Shown here: in pieces, positions 9,681 to 20,155 of the stretch | Layout: every line of letters begins with the position of its first letter | Position numbering within the stretch: position 1 is the first letter of the stretch | Assembly (NCBI RefSeq): GCF_022508225.1 | Contig: NZ_JAETXJ010000003.1 | Coordinates: 79,556-119,555 of the forward strand | Origin: Desulfovibrio sp. UIB00 | Lineage (GTDB): Bacteria; Desulfobacterota; Desulfovibrionia; Desulfovibrionales; Desulfovibrionaceae | Direction of reading: 5' to 3' | DNA: 40,000 bases | The notes under the pieces: generated by a model | Database searches by the model: none | Told to the model about the DNA's origin: nothing | Seen by the model: only the letters and a program-made list of their open reading frames with translations | Made by a program: the position numbers and the translations under genes

Positions 9681-9794
9681 AAATCTGCCTGGAATTCAGA
9701 GGTCAGGAGTGTGCCGGTGGGTCGGAATCCGGCTGCATAGCGGCGCAAAGGCCTGCCGCATAATAAGATTGCTGGCTGATTGCGCGGGCCTGGC

Positions 9795-9821
9795 AAAAAA
9801 GCAGCACGGCATCTGCCGTGC
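9795..9821 (-). terminator. Rho-independent terminator (minus strand), about 260 nt downstream of the HD-GYP gene
   Basis: gcacggc (9804-9810) / gccgtgc (9815-9821) stem. On the minus strand it is followed by a T6 run (A-run 9795-9800 on +). Confidence 0.6.
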
Positions 9822-10077
9822 GTTTGCGCTGCGCTGCAACGATCAGCATCCACACCGCGAGGACAAAACCTCACGAAACACAGCGTGGGCCGTGCATTTG
9901 CCAAAACGGCAATTTAACCACTTATGTTAAGGCAGTCAAACAGTTTGCATGGGGGTGACTGCTTGAATTGCAGATGCCCGAAAGCAACATGAGCCGCAGT
10001 TCCAGCTGGTTACAAACCGTTAAGGATGCTTCGCACAACACCGCATGCTGGATTTTCTGGCGCATTTTGATGGATGT

Positions 10078-10752
10078 TCACTCCACACGCAGCATGGCAA
10101 CAAGGTCACGCAGTCTGTCCCTGATGCTCATAAAGGCTTTGACCACATCCGGGTCAAACTGGCTGCCAGTGCCTTTGATGATTTCTCGGCAGGCCTCGTC
10201 GAAGCTCTTGGCCTGGCGGTATGGGCGTGATTGCAGCATGGCTGAAAGACTATCTGCCACGGTGATGATGCGTGCGCCCAGCGGAATGTGCCCGCTTTTA
10301 AGTCCCTGCGGGTATCCGTTGCCGTCAAAGCGTTCGTGGTGGGCGCGTACCATATCCACAATGCCGCAATCCCGCAGGCAGGCTATGGGAGCAAGAATGT
10401 CGGCCCCCATGTCTGGATGCTTGCGGATCGCCAGCCATTCCTTGGGAGTAAGAGCGGATGTTTTGGCCAGAATGTCGTCAGGAACGCCAATTTTTCCAAG
10501 GTCATGCAGGTGACCAGCCACATGGATTATGTCGGCAACCTGGTGTCCCAGCCCCATTGCAAGGGCCAAAGACTGCGAGATGATGGCAACTTCTTCTGAA
10601 TGGGCGAGGGTATAGGTATCTTTGGCATCTATGGCTTTGCCGAGTGATTCCGCAAGTTGGTGGATGATTTCTGTCACAGCAGCGCTGCAAGGAACGAGTT
10701 TCTCGTGGCGGGTGGCGCTTTCGGCAAGGTTAAGGCGGGAATGACACAACAT
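10078..10752 (-). CDS. HD-GYP domain c-di-GMP phosphodiesterase-like protein (stand-alone)
   Basis: 224 aa with HSEEV...HLHDLGKIGVPD...HHERFDGNGYPQGL (HD and GYP signatures). Confidence 0.85.
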   Translation of the reverse strand: MLCHSRLNLAESATRHEKLVPCSAAVTEIIHQLAESLGKAIDAKDTYTLAHSEEVAIISQSLALAMGLGHQVADIIHVAGHLHDLGKIGVPDDILAKTSALTPKEWLAIRKHPDMGADILAPIACLRDCGIVDMVRAHHERFDGNGYPQGLKSGHIPLGARIITVADSLSAMLQSRPYRQAKSFDEACREIIKGTGSQFDPDVVKAFMSIRDRLRDLVAMLRVE

Positions 10753-10991
10753 TACGTATCCTTATGGTCGGCGAAATGCGCCGTTCACGTTCAGACGTGC
10801 GGGCAGGATTGAAAACACTTTTCAGATGAGGACACGGATTAGCAGTTTTGAAATCTAATTTCAATGTCAAATTAGCGGTATTCGTAAAAATTTGCAAGTT
10901 AGATAATGCACATGATAATAATAAATATCATTTAATAATAGTATGTTATAAGTATATAATAACATAACCTGCGAAGCTGATTAGTACGCAA

Positions 10992-11022
10992 AACAGGGCC
11001 GCCCCAATGGAGCAGCCCTGTT
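10992..11022 (-). terminator. Hairpin downstream of glpK
   Basis: aacagggc (10992-10999) / gccctgtt (11015-11022). There is no clear U-tract on the minus strand. Confidence 0.4.
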
Positions 11023-11060
11023 ATTCTGTATTGTGCGTCCGGTTCTAGCCGGGGCCAAGT

Positions 11061-12557
11061 TTATTCTTCAATCCAGCTTCTGGCCCGCTCCACAGCGCGG
11101 TGCCACTGGTGCAGCAGTTCCTGCCGACGGTCTTCTGGCATGTTGGGTTCAAAGCGGCGGTCAAGTTTCCACTGGGCGCAGAGCTGTTCTTCGCTTTCCC
11201 AGAAGCCTACAGCCAGACCGGCAAGGTAGGCCGCGCCAAGCGCGGTTGTTTCCGTAACCATGGGACGCTCAACAACAACGCCGGTGAGGTTGGCCTGGCA
11301 CTGCATGAGCATGTTGTTACGGCTTGCGCCGCCGTCCACGCGCAGGGTGGTCAGGGGAACGCCAGCGTCTTTCTGCATGGCCTCCATGATGTCGAGGGTT
11401 TGCAGGGCAATGGATTCTATCGCCGCCCTGGCAATGTGTCCGCGATTGGTGCCGCGCGTGATGCCCACCATGGTGCCTCGGGCGTACTGATCCCAGTAGG
11501 GAGCGCCCATGCCCACAAAGGCTGGCACAAGGTACACGCCGCCGTTGTCCGGCACGGTGATGGCAAGGCTTTCCATTTCGGAAGAATCGCGGATAAAGCC
11601 AAGACCATCGCGCAACCACTGCACCACTGCGCCGCCCACAAAAACGCTGCCTTCAAGGGCGTAATAACGGCCCTTGGGCGTTTCCCATGCCACGGTGGTC
11701 AGCATGTTGTTTTTGCTTTCGCGGGCCTTGGTGCCCGTGTTGAGCAGCAGGAAGCAGCCAGTGCCATAGGTGTTTTTGGCCATGCCTTCGGTCATGCAGG
11801 CATTGCCGTAGGTAGCGGCCTGCTGGTCGCCAGCCACGCCCGCAATGGGCACAGCCTGACCGAAAAATTCGGGGTGGGTCTGAGCCATAACGCTGGAGGA
11901 AGGTGCCACTTCAGGCAGCATGGCGCGCGGCACGCCGATGATTTCAAGCAGTTCGTCATCCCACTGGCCGGTGTGGATGTTGAAGAGCAGGGTGCGGCTG
12001 GCATTGGAAGGGTCGGTCACATGCGCGCCGCGCTTGCTGAAGTTCCAGATAAGCCATGTATCAATGGTGCCGAAAAGCAGTTCACCTGCTTCGGCCTTGG
12101 CGCGCGCACCGGGCACGTTGTCGAGTATCCAGCGTACCTTGGTGCCGGAAAAATAGGCATCAAGCACAAGGCCGGTTTTCGCACGAATGACCTCAGCCTT
12201 GCCCGCAGCGCGCAGCTGGTCGCAAAAACCTGCCGTACGTCGGTCTTGCCACACAATGGCATTGTATACGGGGGCGCCAGTGGCCTTGTCCCACACAACC
12301 GTGGTTTCGCGCTGGTTGGTGATGCCAACGGCGGCCAGTTCGTTGCTCTGCACGTTGGCGTGTTTCAGGCATTCCTTGGCAACATGCGACTGCGTGTCAA
12401 AGATTTCATTGGGGTTATGTTCAACCCAGCCGGGCTGGGGGAATATTTGGGTGAATTCCCGCTGCGCAACCTGAACAATGTTGGCGTCGCGGTCAAAAAG
12501 AATAGCGCGTGAGCTGGTTGTGCCCTGATCAAGAGACAGAATGTATTTATGAGCCAT
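11061..12557 (-). CDS. glpK: Glycerol kinase
   Basis: [22 protein letters not shown]...[15 protein letters not shown] is a classic GlpK N-terminus. Preferred start is ATG 12557, preceded by GGAGG (ORF track start 12575). Confidence 0.95.
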   Translation of the reverse strand: MAHKYILSLDQGTTSSRAILFDRDANIVQVAQREFTQIFPQPGWVEHNPNEIFDTQSHVAKECLKHANVQSNELAAVGITNQRETTVVWDKATGAPVYNAIVWQDRRTAGFCDQLRAAGKAEVIRAKTGLVLDAYFSGTKVRWILDNVPGARAKAEAGELLFGTIDTWLIWNFSKRGAHVTDPSNASRTLLFNIHTGQWDDELLEIIGVPRAMLPEVAPSSSVMAQTHPEFFGQAVPIAGVAGDQQAATYGNACMTEGMAKNTYGTGCFLLLNTGTKARESKNNMLTTVAWETPKGRYYALEGSVFVGGAVVQWLRDGLGFIRDSSEMESLAITVPDNGGVYLVPAFVGMGAPYWDQYARGTMVGITRGTNRGHIARAAIESIALQTLDIMEAMQKDAGVPLTTLRVDGGASRNNMLMQCQANLTGVVVERPMVTETTALGAAYLAGLAVGFWESEEQLCAQWKLDRRFEPNMPEDRRQELLHQWHRAVERARSWIEE

Positions 12558-12648
12558 ATAATCCTCCGAAAGCATTGTTGGTGTTTGTTGCCGCAGCGCA
12601 CAGGGGAAATCTGTACGCCGCAGGCAGCACGGAGTTGCTCAAAACGGT

Positions 12649-13380
12649 CTAAAGCAGGCCTATGGCCTTGCCCACAACATAGGCAAGCACAGCGCCGACC
12701 ATGGGAGCGCACACCGGAATCCAGGCATAGGCCCAGTCAGAAGAGCCCTTGCCGGCAATGGGCAGCACAGCATGCGCAATGCGGGGGCCAAGGTCACGGG
12801 CGGGGTTGATGGCGTAACCGGTGGGGCCGCCAAGGCTAAGGCCCAGAGCCCACACAAGGATGCCCACCATGTAGGGGCCGTAACCAGAAGGCAGGGTACC
12901 ATTGTTGGTGTGGAAAATGGCGAAGATGCCAAAAAGCAGCATGAAGGTACCGATAACTTCGCACAAAAAGTTCTGTCCGTAGCTGCGGATGGCAGGCGCG
13001 GTGCTGAAGACAGCCAGTTTGAGGCCGGGGTCTTCAGTGGGAGCCCAGTGGGGCAGGTAGGCAAGCCAGACAATGGCCGCGCCAGTGAAACCGCCAGCAA
13101 TCTGCGCCAGCATGGTTGCGAACGCCTGGCTTGCGCCGTAAACGCCAAGCATGGTTTTAGCCAGGGTCACTGCGGGGTTGAGGTCAGCCTGAGGCGCGCC
13201 AAGCGCCACCGAGGTAAATACGCCGAGCATGACGCCAAAAGCCCAGCCCGCCGTGATAACAATCCAGCCGCCGCCGTTGCCCTTGGAGTCTTTAAGCAGA
13301 ACGCAGGCAACAACGCCAGCACCAAAGGTAATCAGTATCATCGTTCCAAAAAATTCACCAAGAAGGTTGGTCATGGGCAT
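12649..13380 (-). CDS. glpF: Glycerol uptake facilitator (MIP/aquaporin family)
   Basis: Two NPA boxes (DLNPAVT, AINPARD) and six hydrophobic segments. Preferred start is ATG 13380 (or 13374); the ORF-track N-terminal extension looks non-coding. The gene lies upstream of glpK. Confidence 0.9.
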   Translation of the reverse strand: MPMTNLLGEFFGTMILITFGAGVVACVLLKDSKGNGGGWIVITAGWAFGVMLGVFTSVALGAPQADLNPAVTLAKTMLGVYGASQAFATMLAQIAGGFTGAAIVWLAYLPHWAPTEDPGLKLAVFSTAPAIRSYGQNFLCEVIGTFMLLFGIFAIFHTNNGTLPSGYGPYMVGILVWALGLSLGGPTGYAINPARDLGPRIAHAVLPIAGKGSSDWAYAWIPVCAPMVGAVLAYVVGKAIGLL

Positions 13381-13732
13381 ATCCTTCACAAGTTGTTGAT
13401 ATTGTGCGAGTCTTTCGACTTGCCATCTCCTGTTCCAATAGCTTGCTGGTAAAAATGGGGGGACTGCTTGGCGCAATTTTCCTTTCTGCTTGGATGCCGA
13501 AGGCTCTTTGATATTTGAATGTCGTTTTACAAAACGTGCGTGTCTGATGCAGATATTGAGCCGGAGCATCACAACTGGTTATATGTTTATAAGGAATACT
13601 AATCCTATAATTTGATATATAATGAGATGGAAAAAAGATTGCAAGTACATTGCAATTGTTACAAACAGTAAGAATTATCATTACTCCAAAATGAGTTATT
13701 CCGATTGCCATATTATAAATCTGCCCGAAAAG

Positions 13733-13757
13733 TAAAAAAGCCGCCCGAAGGCGGCCA
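13733..13757 (-). terminator. Rho-independent terminator of MCP gene
   Basis: gccgcc-cgaa-ggcggc hairpin (13740-13756), with a T-run on the minus strand (A-run 13734-13739). Confidence 0.8.
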
Positions 13758-13781
13758 TGTATAGTGGGAACAAAACGTGCG

Positions 13782-15539
13782 TCACCCGTGAGTTTTCATG
13801 TCGCGTATTAGCCCTTGCAGTGCAGCCGTTTGCCGGGAGAGGGCATCCACTGCCTTGCTTGCGTGATCCATAGCCTGCGCAGTTTCGGCAGAAATGGTTG
13901 CGACTTGCTCGACTGATCTGTTGATTTCTTCGCTGGTTGCCGATTGCTGCTCACTCGCAGCGGCAATTGCCTGGATTTGATCGTTAACATGCTCTACATA
14001 CTCAAGTATTTGCCGTAGTGCATCGCCAGAGCGGGCAGAGAGCGTGGTTGCTTCTTCAATAGCTGCGCCCACGTCTTCCACATTATCAATATTTTTTCTT
14101 GTGCCTTGCTGAATACCGGTGATGGCGTCGCCAACTTCACGGGTGGCTGTCATGGTTTTCTCTGCAAGTTTGCGCACTTCATCAGCAACCACGGCAAAAC
14201 CACGGCCCGCATCGCCAGCCCGGGCAGCTTCAATGGCAGCGTTGAGCGCAAGAAGGTTTGTCTGGTCGGCAATATCCGCAATAACGTTCATGATTTGCCC
14301 GATGGCTTCGGCCTGTTTGCCCAATGCTCCCATATCCTGCTTGATTGCTAATGATTTTGCATGAATGGACTTAATGTTCTCAACCGCAGTGGTGACAATC
14401 TGTACGCCCTCAATGGTCTGTTTTTGGGCGTTGTCAGAAACACCTGCTGCGAGTTGGGCATTTTTGGCGACTTCAAGCACTGTCGCATTCATTTCTTCCA
14501 TGGCGGTGGCTGTTTCGTGCACGCGGTTTGACTGTTCGTCCGCTCCACGGCTGGATTGAGTTATCTGCGTAGAAAGCTGCTCCGCAGCGCCAGAGATTAC
14601 TCCAACCACTTCTTCAAGTTGTTGAGCTGCCTGCAACATGCCTTCTGCCTTGGCTCTTTCAGCCATCAGCTTTGATTGCTGGGCTTCAGCAGTTGCCTTG
14701 CGGGCGGCTTCGGCTTGCAGTTCTGCCTCTGCCTGCCGCGTTGAGGCCTGGGTGAAACTTTCGCTGAGCTTGTCGCGCATTTCGCGCATGGCGGCAAACA
14801 GACCGCAGTTTTTACGGCTGCCGTGCAGGCTCATATCCACTTCGAGGTCGCCGTGGGCGATTTTGCGCGCCACGTCTGCGACATCGGCAGGTTCCGCACC
14901 AAGCTGCGCCATGAATGACCGGATTGTAAAAAATGCCCCAAGCGAGCCCGTGATAATTGAAATTCCGGTCAGAACCCATTGCAGCATCAGGCTTGTGGCA
15001 AGCTCGTTCTTTAACGTGCCCAAGTTGTGGCTTGCCACGCCGGTCTGTTCTTCAATAAATGGTTCCAAAGCGGTTGTGAGGGCTTCTGTGGCATTGTCGA
15101 AATCTTCCATGAGTTCGTTGCCGGCCTCTATGCCCTGGTTGATGTAAGTATCGGCCATCTTGCGGCCCAGCGCGTACATGGCGTCAAATGACGTGACCAG
15201 TGCGGCAAGTTTTTCCTGCGATTTTTTGTTGTTCTCAAGAGCGAATTTGTTTTTGAATTTCTGCGCATGCTCATGAAAGGTATCTGCGGCTTCCTGCGCC
15301 TCTTTATAGCCATCTGGGCTGTGCGTTGCGGAAACGTCAGACAGAAATTGCTGCACCTGCACTGTTTGCAGCTTCATATCCGCTGCCAGCATGGCCAAGG
15401 GCATGCTTTCATCAGCCGTTGTATCGGCAAGAAGGTCGGCCTGGCTCAGGTTGTGGCGCATAATCAAGGCGCTGAGCAGTATCAGAAAAAAAATGGAACC
15501 AAAGCCCAGCCAAAGCCGAGTCGCTACTTTCAACTGCAT
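13782..15539 (-). CDS. Methyl-accepting chemotaxis protein
   Basis: Two TM segments flank a ~170-aa sensor region. The C-terminal signalling domain carries [40 protein letters not shown]. Preferred start is ATG 15539 after GGGGGAGG. Confidence 0.9.
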   Translation of the reverse strand: MQLKVATRLWLGFGSIFFLILLSALIMRHNLSQADLLADTTADESMPLAMLAADMKLQTVQVQQFLSDVSATHSPDGYKEAQEAADTFHEHAQKFKNKFALENNKKSQEKLAALVTSFDAMYALGRKMADTYINQGIEAGNELMEDFDNATEALTTALEPFIEEQTGVASHNLGTLKNELATSLMLQWVLTGISIITGSLGAFFTIRSFMAQLGAEPADVADVARKIAHGDLEVDMSLHGSRKNCGLFAAMREMRDKLSESFTQASTRQAEAELQAEAARKATAEAQQSKLMAERAKAEGMLQAAQQLEEVVGVISGAAEQLSTQITQSSRGADEQSNRVHETATAMEEMNATVLEVAKNAQLAAGVSDNAQKQTIEGVQIVTTAVENIKSIHAKSLAIKQDMGALGKQAEAIGQIMNVIADIADQTNLLALNAAIEAARAGDAGRGFAVVADEVRKLAEKTMTATREVGDAITGIQQGTRKNIDNVEDVGAAIEEATTLSARSGDALRQILEYVEHVNDQIQAIAAASEQQSATSEEINRSVEQVATISAETAQAMDHASKAVDALSRQTAALQGLIRDMKTHG

Positions 15540-15838
15540 GTCGCGCCTCCCCCAAAAGTATGAGGTTGAATGGCCGCAAGTGCGGATATAAGTATTGCAC
15601 AATTATACATATTGAAATTGATATGTTAAACGTGGGAATGATTCTAGCAGCTCATAGCCCACGGAGTCTGGCTCTCCTGCAAAGCTGCTTGGAATGCAGA
15701 TGGAGCCATTCCAAGCATTTTGGTTATAATCACCCTAATGCGCCTTGCGGACTGTGTCCATACGCCACGGCGTAAAAATATTGCTTATTGGTTTCACCAA
15801 TGGTGGGATGCGCGCGCAAAAATTGCTGCACCAACGCA

Positions 15839-15866
15839 AAAGGCCGCCCGGTGATGGACGGCCTTT
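15839..15866 (-). terminator. Hairpin downstream of second MCP gene
   Basis: aaaggccg (15839-15846) / cggccttt (15859-15866). Confidence 0.55.
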
Positions 15867-15893
15867 CACAAAGGACGATTGCACTCAGGAGCT

Positions 15894-17657
15894 TCAGCCT
15901 TGATTTTTCATGTCGCGGATAAGCCCTTGCAGCACCTGCGCCTGCTGCGCAAGGCCGTCAACGGCATGCGCGGCATTTTCCATTGTTTGAGCCGTTTCGG
16001 CAGAAATGGTTGCAACCTGCTCAACAGACTTATTAATTTCCTCGCTGGCGGCAGATTGCTGCTCGCTTGCCGCTGCAATAGCCTGAACCTGATCATTGAC
16101 AAGGTGCACAAGCTCAAGAATCTGTTTGAGCGAATCGCCGGAGCGGATTGAAAGTTTGGTCGCTTCTTCAATGGCGCTCGCGCTCTGTTCCACATTCACG
16201 ATATTTTTTCGCGTTCCGGCCTGAATATCGCCAATGGCCCGACCCACCTCCTGGGTGGCAGACATGGTTTTTTCCGCCAGTTTGCGCACCTCATCAGCAA
16301 CAACGGCAAAGCCGCGCCCGGCATCGCCCGCCCGGGCAGCTTCTATAGCAGCGTTGAGCGCAAGCAGGTTGGTCTGGTCTGCAATGTCGGCAATAACGCT
16401 CATAACCTGCCCGATGCTTTCGGCCTGCTTGCCCAGTACGTCCATATCCTGCCGGATGGCAAGGGATTGCGTGTGCACAGACTCAATGCCCTTGACCGCA
16501 TCGTTGACAATCTGCGCGCCTTCCAGAGCCTGCTGCCGGGTCTGGTCTGCGATGCCGGCGGCCTGCTGCGCATTTTGGGCAACTTCGCGCACGGTGGCAT
16601 TCATTTGCTCCATGGCCGTTGCGGTTTCGCGCACGCGGCCAGACTGATCGTCAGCTCCGCTGCGGGATTGGTCTATCTTAACCGCAAGATCCTGCGAAGC
16701 GCTGGAGACAATTTCAACCACATGTTCCAGTTGGCTGGCAGCGTGGAGCATCCCTTCGCTTTTGGCGTTCTCTGCAAGAGCTTGTGCCTTTTGGGCTTCC
16801 ACAAGGGCCTTTCTGGCTTCTTCGCGGTCATGTTCCGCTTCGGCCTGAGCGGTAGAAGAAGCCTTGCGGTAGTTTGCCAGATTGTCTGCCGTGCTGTTCA
16901 GCGCCAGAGCCAGAGTGCTCAGACTGGCAAAGCTTCCGGCAGCGAGGCGTTCATCTGACTGCTGGGTGCCAAGGGTGGAGGCAAAAGACACACACTGGCG
17001 CATGGCGCGCAGATCCCTGTTGGTCAGGAAATATCCTGCGCAATACACCAGACATATGGCAAAAATAAATTCAATCCACATCAGGGTGCGCCGCGATGCG
17101 ATGTCCTCATTCATTTCAGCCATGGCTGTTTCAGCAAGGGCGGTAATATTTGCGTCAAATTTTTCAAAATGTTCGCGAAAAGCCACGGCATAGGGCGTGG
17201 CTTCCTTTTCATAGGTCTTGTAGGTGAGGTAACGCTGGTCTGCGGGGATATCCTTTAAGGGAGCAACAAGGCTCTGGCCGTTGTTCATAAATGCAATTGC
17301 CGCCTCATGGGCCTTGTCAGTCAAGGCTCTGGAGTTTGCAGGCAGCTTGAGGGAGGAGAGTGTGGCAAAGTGCTTTTTAACGGCAGCAATGGCTGTGTCT
17401 ATTTGCTTGAGGTCTTTGTCAATATCGCTGCCAAGCATGATATTTCTGGTTAATCTGCTAAAATAATTTATATTTTTAGTTATTTCCAGGGCCATGATCC
17501 TGCCTGCGATGGCGGTATCGCGGGTGCTGGCGAATTTAATTTCAATATTGTTAATTGCCTGCAACGAAAAGCAAAATAGCCCGGCCATGGCAATGGCCCC
17601 AACTGAAATAGTGAGGATAAATTTTCCACGTAACGTATGCAGTATCTGACTGATCAA
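15894..17657 (-). CDS. Methyl-accepting chemotaxis protein
   Basis: 587 aa with the same conserved MA signalling core as the neighbouring MCP. The TTG start at 17657 is preceded by GGAGGAG. Confidence 0.9.
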   Translation of the reverse strand: MISQILHTLRGKFILTISVGAIAMAGLFCFSLQAINNIEIKFASTRDTAIAGRIMALEITKNINYFSRLTRNIMLGSDIDKDLKQIDTAIAAVKKHFATLSSLKLPANSRALTDKAHEAAIAFMNNGQSLVAPLKDIPADQRYLTYKTYEKEATPYAVAFREHFEKFDANITALAETAMAEMNEDIASRRTLMWIEFIFAICLVYCAGYFLTNRDLRAMRQCVSFASTLGTQQSDERLAAGSFASLSTLALALNSTADNLANYRKASSTAQAEAEHDREEARKALVEAQKAQALAENAKSEGMLHAASQLEHVVEIVSSASQDLAVKIDQSRSGADDQSGRVRETATAMEQMNATVREVAQNAQQAAGIADQTRQQALEGAQIVNDAVKGIESVHTQSLAIRQDMDVLGKQAESIGQVMSVIADIADQTNLLALNAAIEAARAGDAGRGFAVVADEVRKLAEKTMSATQEVGRAIGDIQAGTRKNIVNVEQSASAIEEATKLSIRSGDSLKQILELVHLVNDQVQAIAAASEQQSAASEEINKSVEQVATISAETAQTMENAAHAVDGLAQQAQVLQGLIRDMKNQG

Positions 17658-18382
17658 AATGACTCCTCCGGAACAGTAGTGACATAACAGGGCTGATCAC
17701 AGCGCAATATGTTGACAAGACACGGTTGCAACAAATGATTTGTGTTTATCATTCAGTTACAAGTGATGGTATCAATAGTAGTGTTGCTGTAATTTTATTT
17801 TCGGAATTTATGTTACAATGTTTATATTTCATAAATATAAATATTTTTTTCACATGCAAAGATTCATGCGAAAAACAAATGTTAAAAAATATAACATTCG
17901 ATAATTTTTGCTTTAGAAATATTGTTATGACTTACTATAGTAATGTTGAGGTATTGTTCGGACAAGAGCGTGTGATATTATCAAAACTGAACTATCTTGT
18001 TTTTGACCTGATTGTTGAAACATTGATTAAGTGTATAGGATATGATGCTTTAAAAACTGCAAATAAAATCATGATTCATTTTTTATAATATTTATTGCGC
18101 AGATATCACGTAACAATTTTTTTAAGCTTACTTTTTTTTAAAATGTACAACTCGGTATAAATATGAAAAAAATTTATCCGATAAGTGAATATCATTGAGA
18201 TTATCCAGCTTGATAGACGCATATTCTATTTCAGGATAATTTCTATAGTTTTATTTCACATAAATATTGCTGCTTGTAGCTGTATTTGTATCTTAAAAAT
18301 TCATTTTTATTTGTTTGTTGGTGACAGTATTTGCAGAATATATGATTTATTGCAGATAGTTGTGCATAAAGTTAAAAAGTGT

Positions 18383-18398
18383 TGGAACAGATATTGCT
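18383..18398 (+). promoter_or_regulatory. Candidate sigma-54 (-24/-12) promoter for the Cache-GGDEF gene
   Basis: TGGAACAGATATTGCT has GG and GC at the canonical spacing of TGGCACG-N4-TTGCW, with one mismatch in the -24 box. It lies about 47 nt upstream of ATG 18445. Confidence 0.35.
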
Positions 18399-18444
18399 AA
18401 TGATCCCAGGCAGGCAAAAAAAGTAAAATCTGGCAGTTAACGAG

Positions 18445-20070
18445 ATGGCCATGAACACACATAGGCTTATGAGTATTTTTCGGTTTGACACGATCAGGGG
18501 ACGCATTCGCGCCTATACCATTGCCATTGTCTGCATTCCAATTATCATTGCGGCTCTATTTTTTATTTTTTTTCAGCAAGAACGCCTTATCGAGCATGAA
18601 AAAAATCAACTTTCTGAAATTCTCAGTCAAAATAAAAATACAATTGAAGCGTATGTGGACGTGTGCTTTCAGGATGTTTTATTTTTGACAAAAATTATTC
18701 AAGCGCACAGATCAGATATGGAGACTGCTGCAAAAGAATTTAGCGATTACGATGAAAGCCACACAGGCATTGCGGCAGCCGTATTTGTCAATGCACAGGG
18801 GATTTCAGAAATTGACTCCATGGGCAAACCCGGTTTGTACGGCGGTGACAGGTATTACTTTAAACAAGCAATGATGGGCCGCCGTGCAATTACAACAGGA
18901 ATCAAGGGGCGTGTTTCCGGCAAGCCCGTGTGCATGTTTTCAATGCCAGTGACTAATCAGGCTGGAGAATTTGACGGGGTCGTATTTTTGTCCATTCTCG
19001 TTGGCGAGCTGGACGCTTGGCTGCACGGATCTTTTGTTCCAGATAAACAAGGGCTGATACTGTGTGATGCGCAGGGAAACATACTCGCACCCCACACTGT
19101 GGTTGCAAGCAACTCAGACGATGCTGCAAAACAGGTTCCCTTGCAGCTCATGCAGCTTGGCAAAACTGTTCAGATTTTTGTGAATGATCAGGGCGTGCGC
19201 ATGCTCGGCGCTTCCGTTACTGTAGGGAGCGGTGGCTGGCGGCTGGTGTATTTTCGGTCAGTAGACGAAATTGTTGCAGGATACAAATGGCTTACGATTT
19301 TTGTCGGTCTTGGATCGCTCTGCGCCATATTGTTCATGATGCCATTGATGCTGCGTTTTAGCCGCAGCATTGAAGCTCCTCTTGAGGAGCTAACAGCCTA
19401 TGCCCTTGAGCTGCGTAAAAATAATTACGAGGCAACAGGGCAATTGCGTGACCAGAAAAATATGCCCAGCGAGCTCAGAATCCTGTTTGATGCATTTACT
19501 GTAATGAGTTTCAGGGTCGCCAGGCAGATTAAAAAGGCCGAGGCCGTGAGCCTGAAAGATGCGCTCACAGGCCTGCACAACCGCCGTTTTTTGCAGGAAA
19601 TGGGCACAGAATTTCTTAAAAAAACGCATTCAGCAGGCCAGCAGTGCGCTTGCCTGATGCTTGATATCGACCACTTTAAAAGTATCAATGACACCTTTGG
19701 GCACAATGTGGGCGATCTGGTTTTGCAGCACACAGCGCGGATAATCAATGCCGGCGTACGCAGTGCAGACCTCCTTGTGCGCTATGGAGGCGAGGAGTTT
19801 GTGGTTCTTGTTGCCTGTACGGATGCCCGGCAAGGTGAAGAACTTGCCCATCGCATACGGCATGCAGTGGCAGCGAACCCCTTGTCGCACGAAGGCAACA
19901 ACCACACGTTAACAATAAGTATTGGTGTGGCGGTATGCGCAGATATGGCAGACACGGTGGAATCGCCAAAATCCGCCGAGGCGGCGCTGGCCGTCATGCT
20001 GATCCGGGCGGATAAAGCCCTGTACGCTGCCAAGGAAGCTGGGCGTGATGCCGTGGTGGTTTCAGGCTAA
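18445..20070 (+). CDS. Sensor diguanylate cyclase (TM - Cache-like periplasmic domain - TM - GGDEF)
   Basis: 541 aa. TM1 is IAIVCIPIIIAALFFIFF, followed by a ~250-aa extracytoplasmic region and TM2 WLTIFVGLGSLCAILFMMPLML. The GGDEF domain carries RYGGEEFVVLV. Confidence 0.85.
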   Translation: MAMNTHRLMSIFRFDTIRGRIRAYTIAIVCIPIIIAALFFIFFQQERLIEHEKNQLSEILSQNKNTIEAYVDVCFQDVLFLTKIIQAHRSDMETAAKEFSDYDESHTGIAAAVFVNAQGISEIDSMGKPGLYGGDRYYFKQAMMGRRAITTGIKGRVSGKPVCMFSMPVTNQAGEFDGVVFLSILVGELDAWLHGSFVPDKQGLILCDAQGNILAPHTVVASNSDDAAKQVPLQLMQLGKTVQIFVNDQGVRMLGASVTVGSGGWRLVYFRSVDEIVAGYKWLTIFVGLGSLCAILFMMPLMLRFSRSIEAPLEELTAYALELRKNNYEATGQLRDQKNMPSELRILFDAFTVMSFRVARQIKKAEAVSLKDALTGLHNRRFLQEMGTEFLKKTHSAGQQCACLMLDIDHFKSINDTFGHNVGDLVLQHTARIINAGVRSADLLVRYGGEEFVVLVACTDARQGEELAHRIRHAVAANPLSHEGNNHTLTISIGVAVCADMADTVESPKSAEAALAVMLIRADKALYAAKEAGRDAVVVSG

Positions 20071-20155
20071 GACGGCAACCATAAGATATGCGTTGGGAAC
20101 GCTGCGCGAATCAGGCCAGCCCTTTTGTTAATCAGCATCCTGCGTTTTATACAGA

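Noticed and set aside
10850-10980. AT-rich stretch with the palindrome tatgttat-N9-ataacata upstream of the HD-GYP gene.
   Set aside because: It is probably just promoter or operator DNA. There is a single short palindrome, no repeats, and nothing to distinguish it from chance in AT-rich sequence.
17726-18400. ORFs 17726..18088 (120 aa) and 18185..18400 (71 aa) in the AT-rich intergenic region.
   Set aside because: They have non-ATG or weak starts, no RBS, and Ile/Phe/Asn/Lys-rich low-complexity translations expected by chance in AT-rich DNA.
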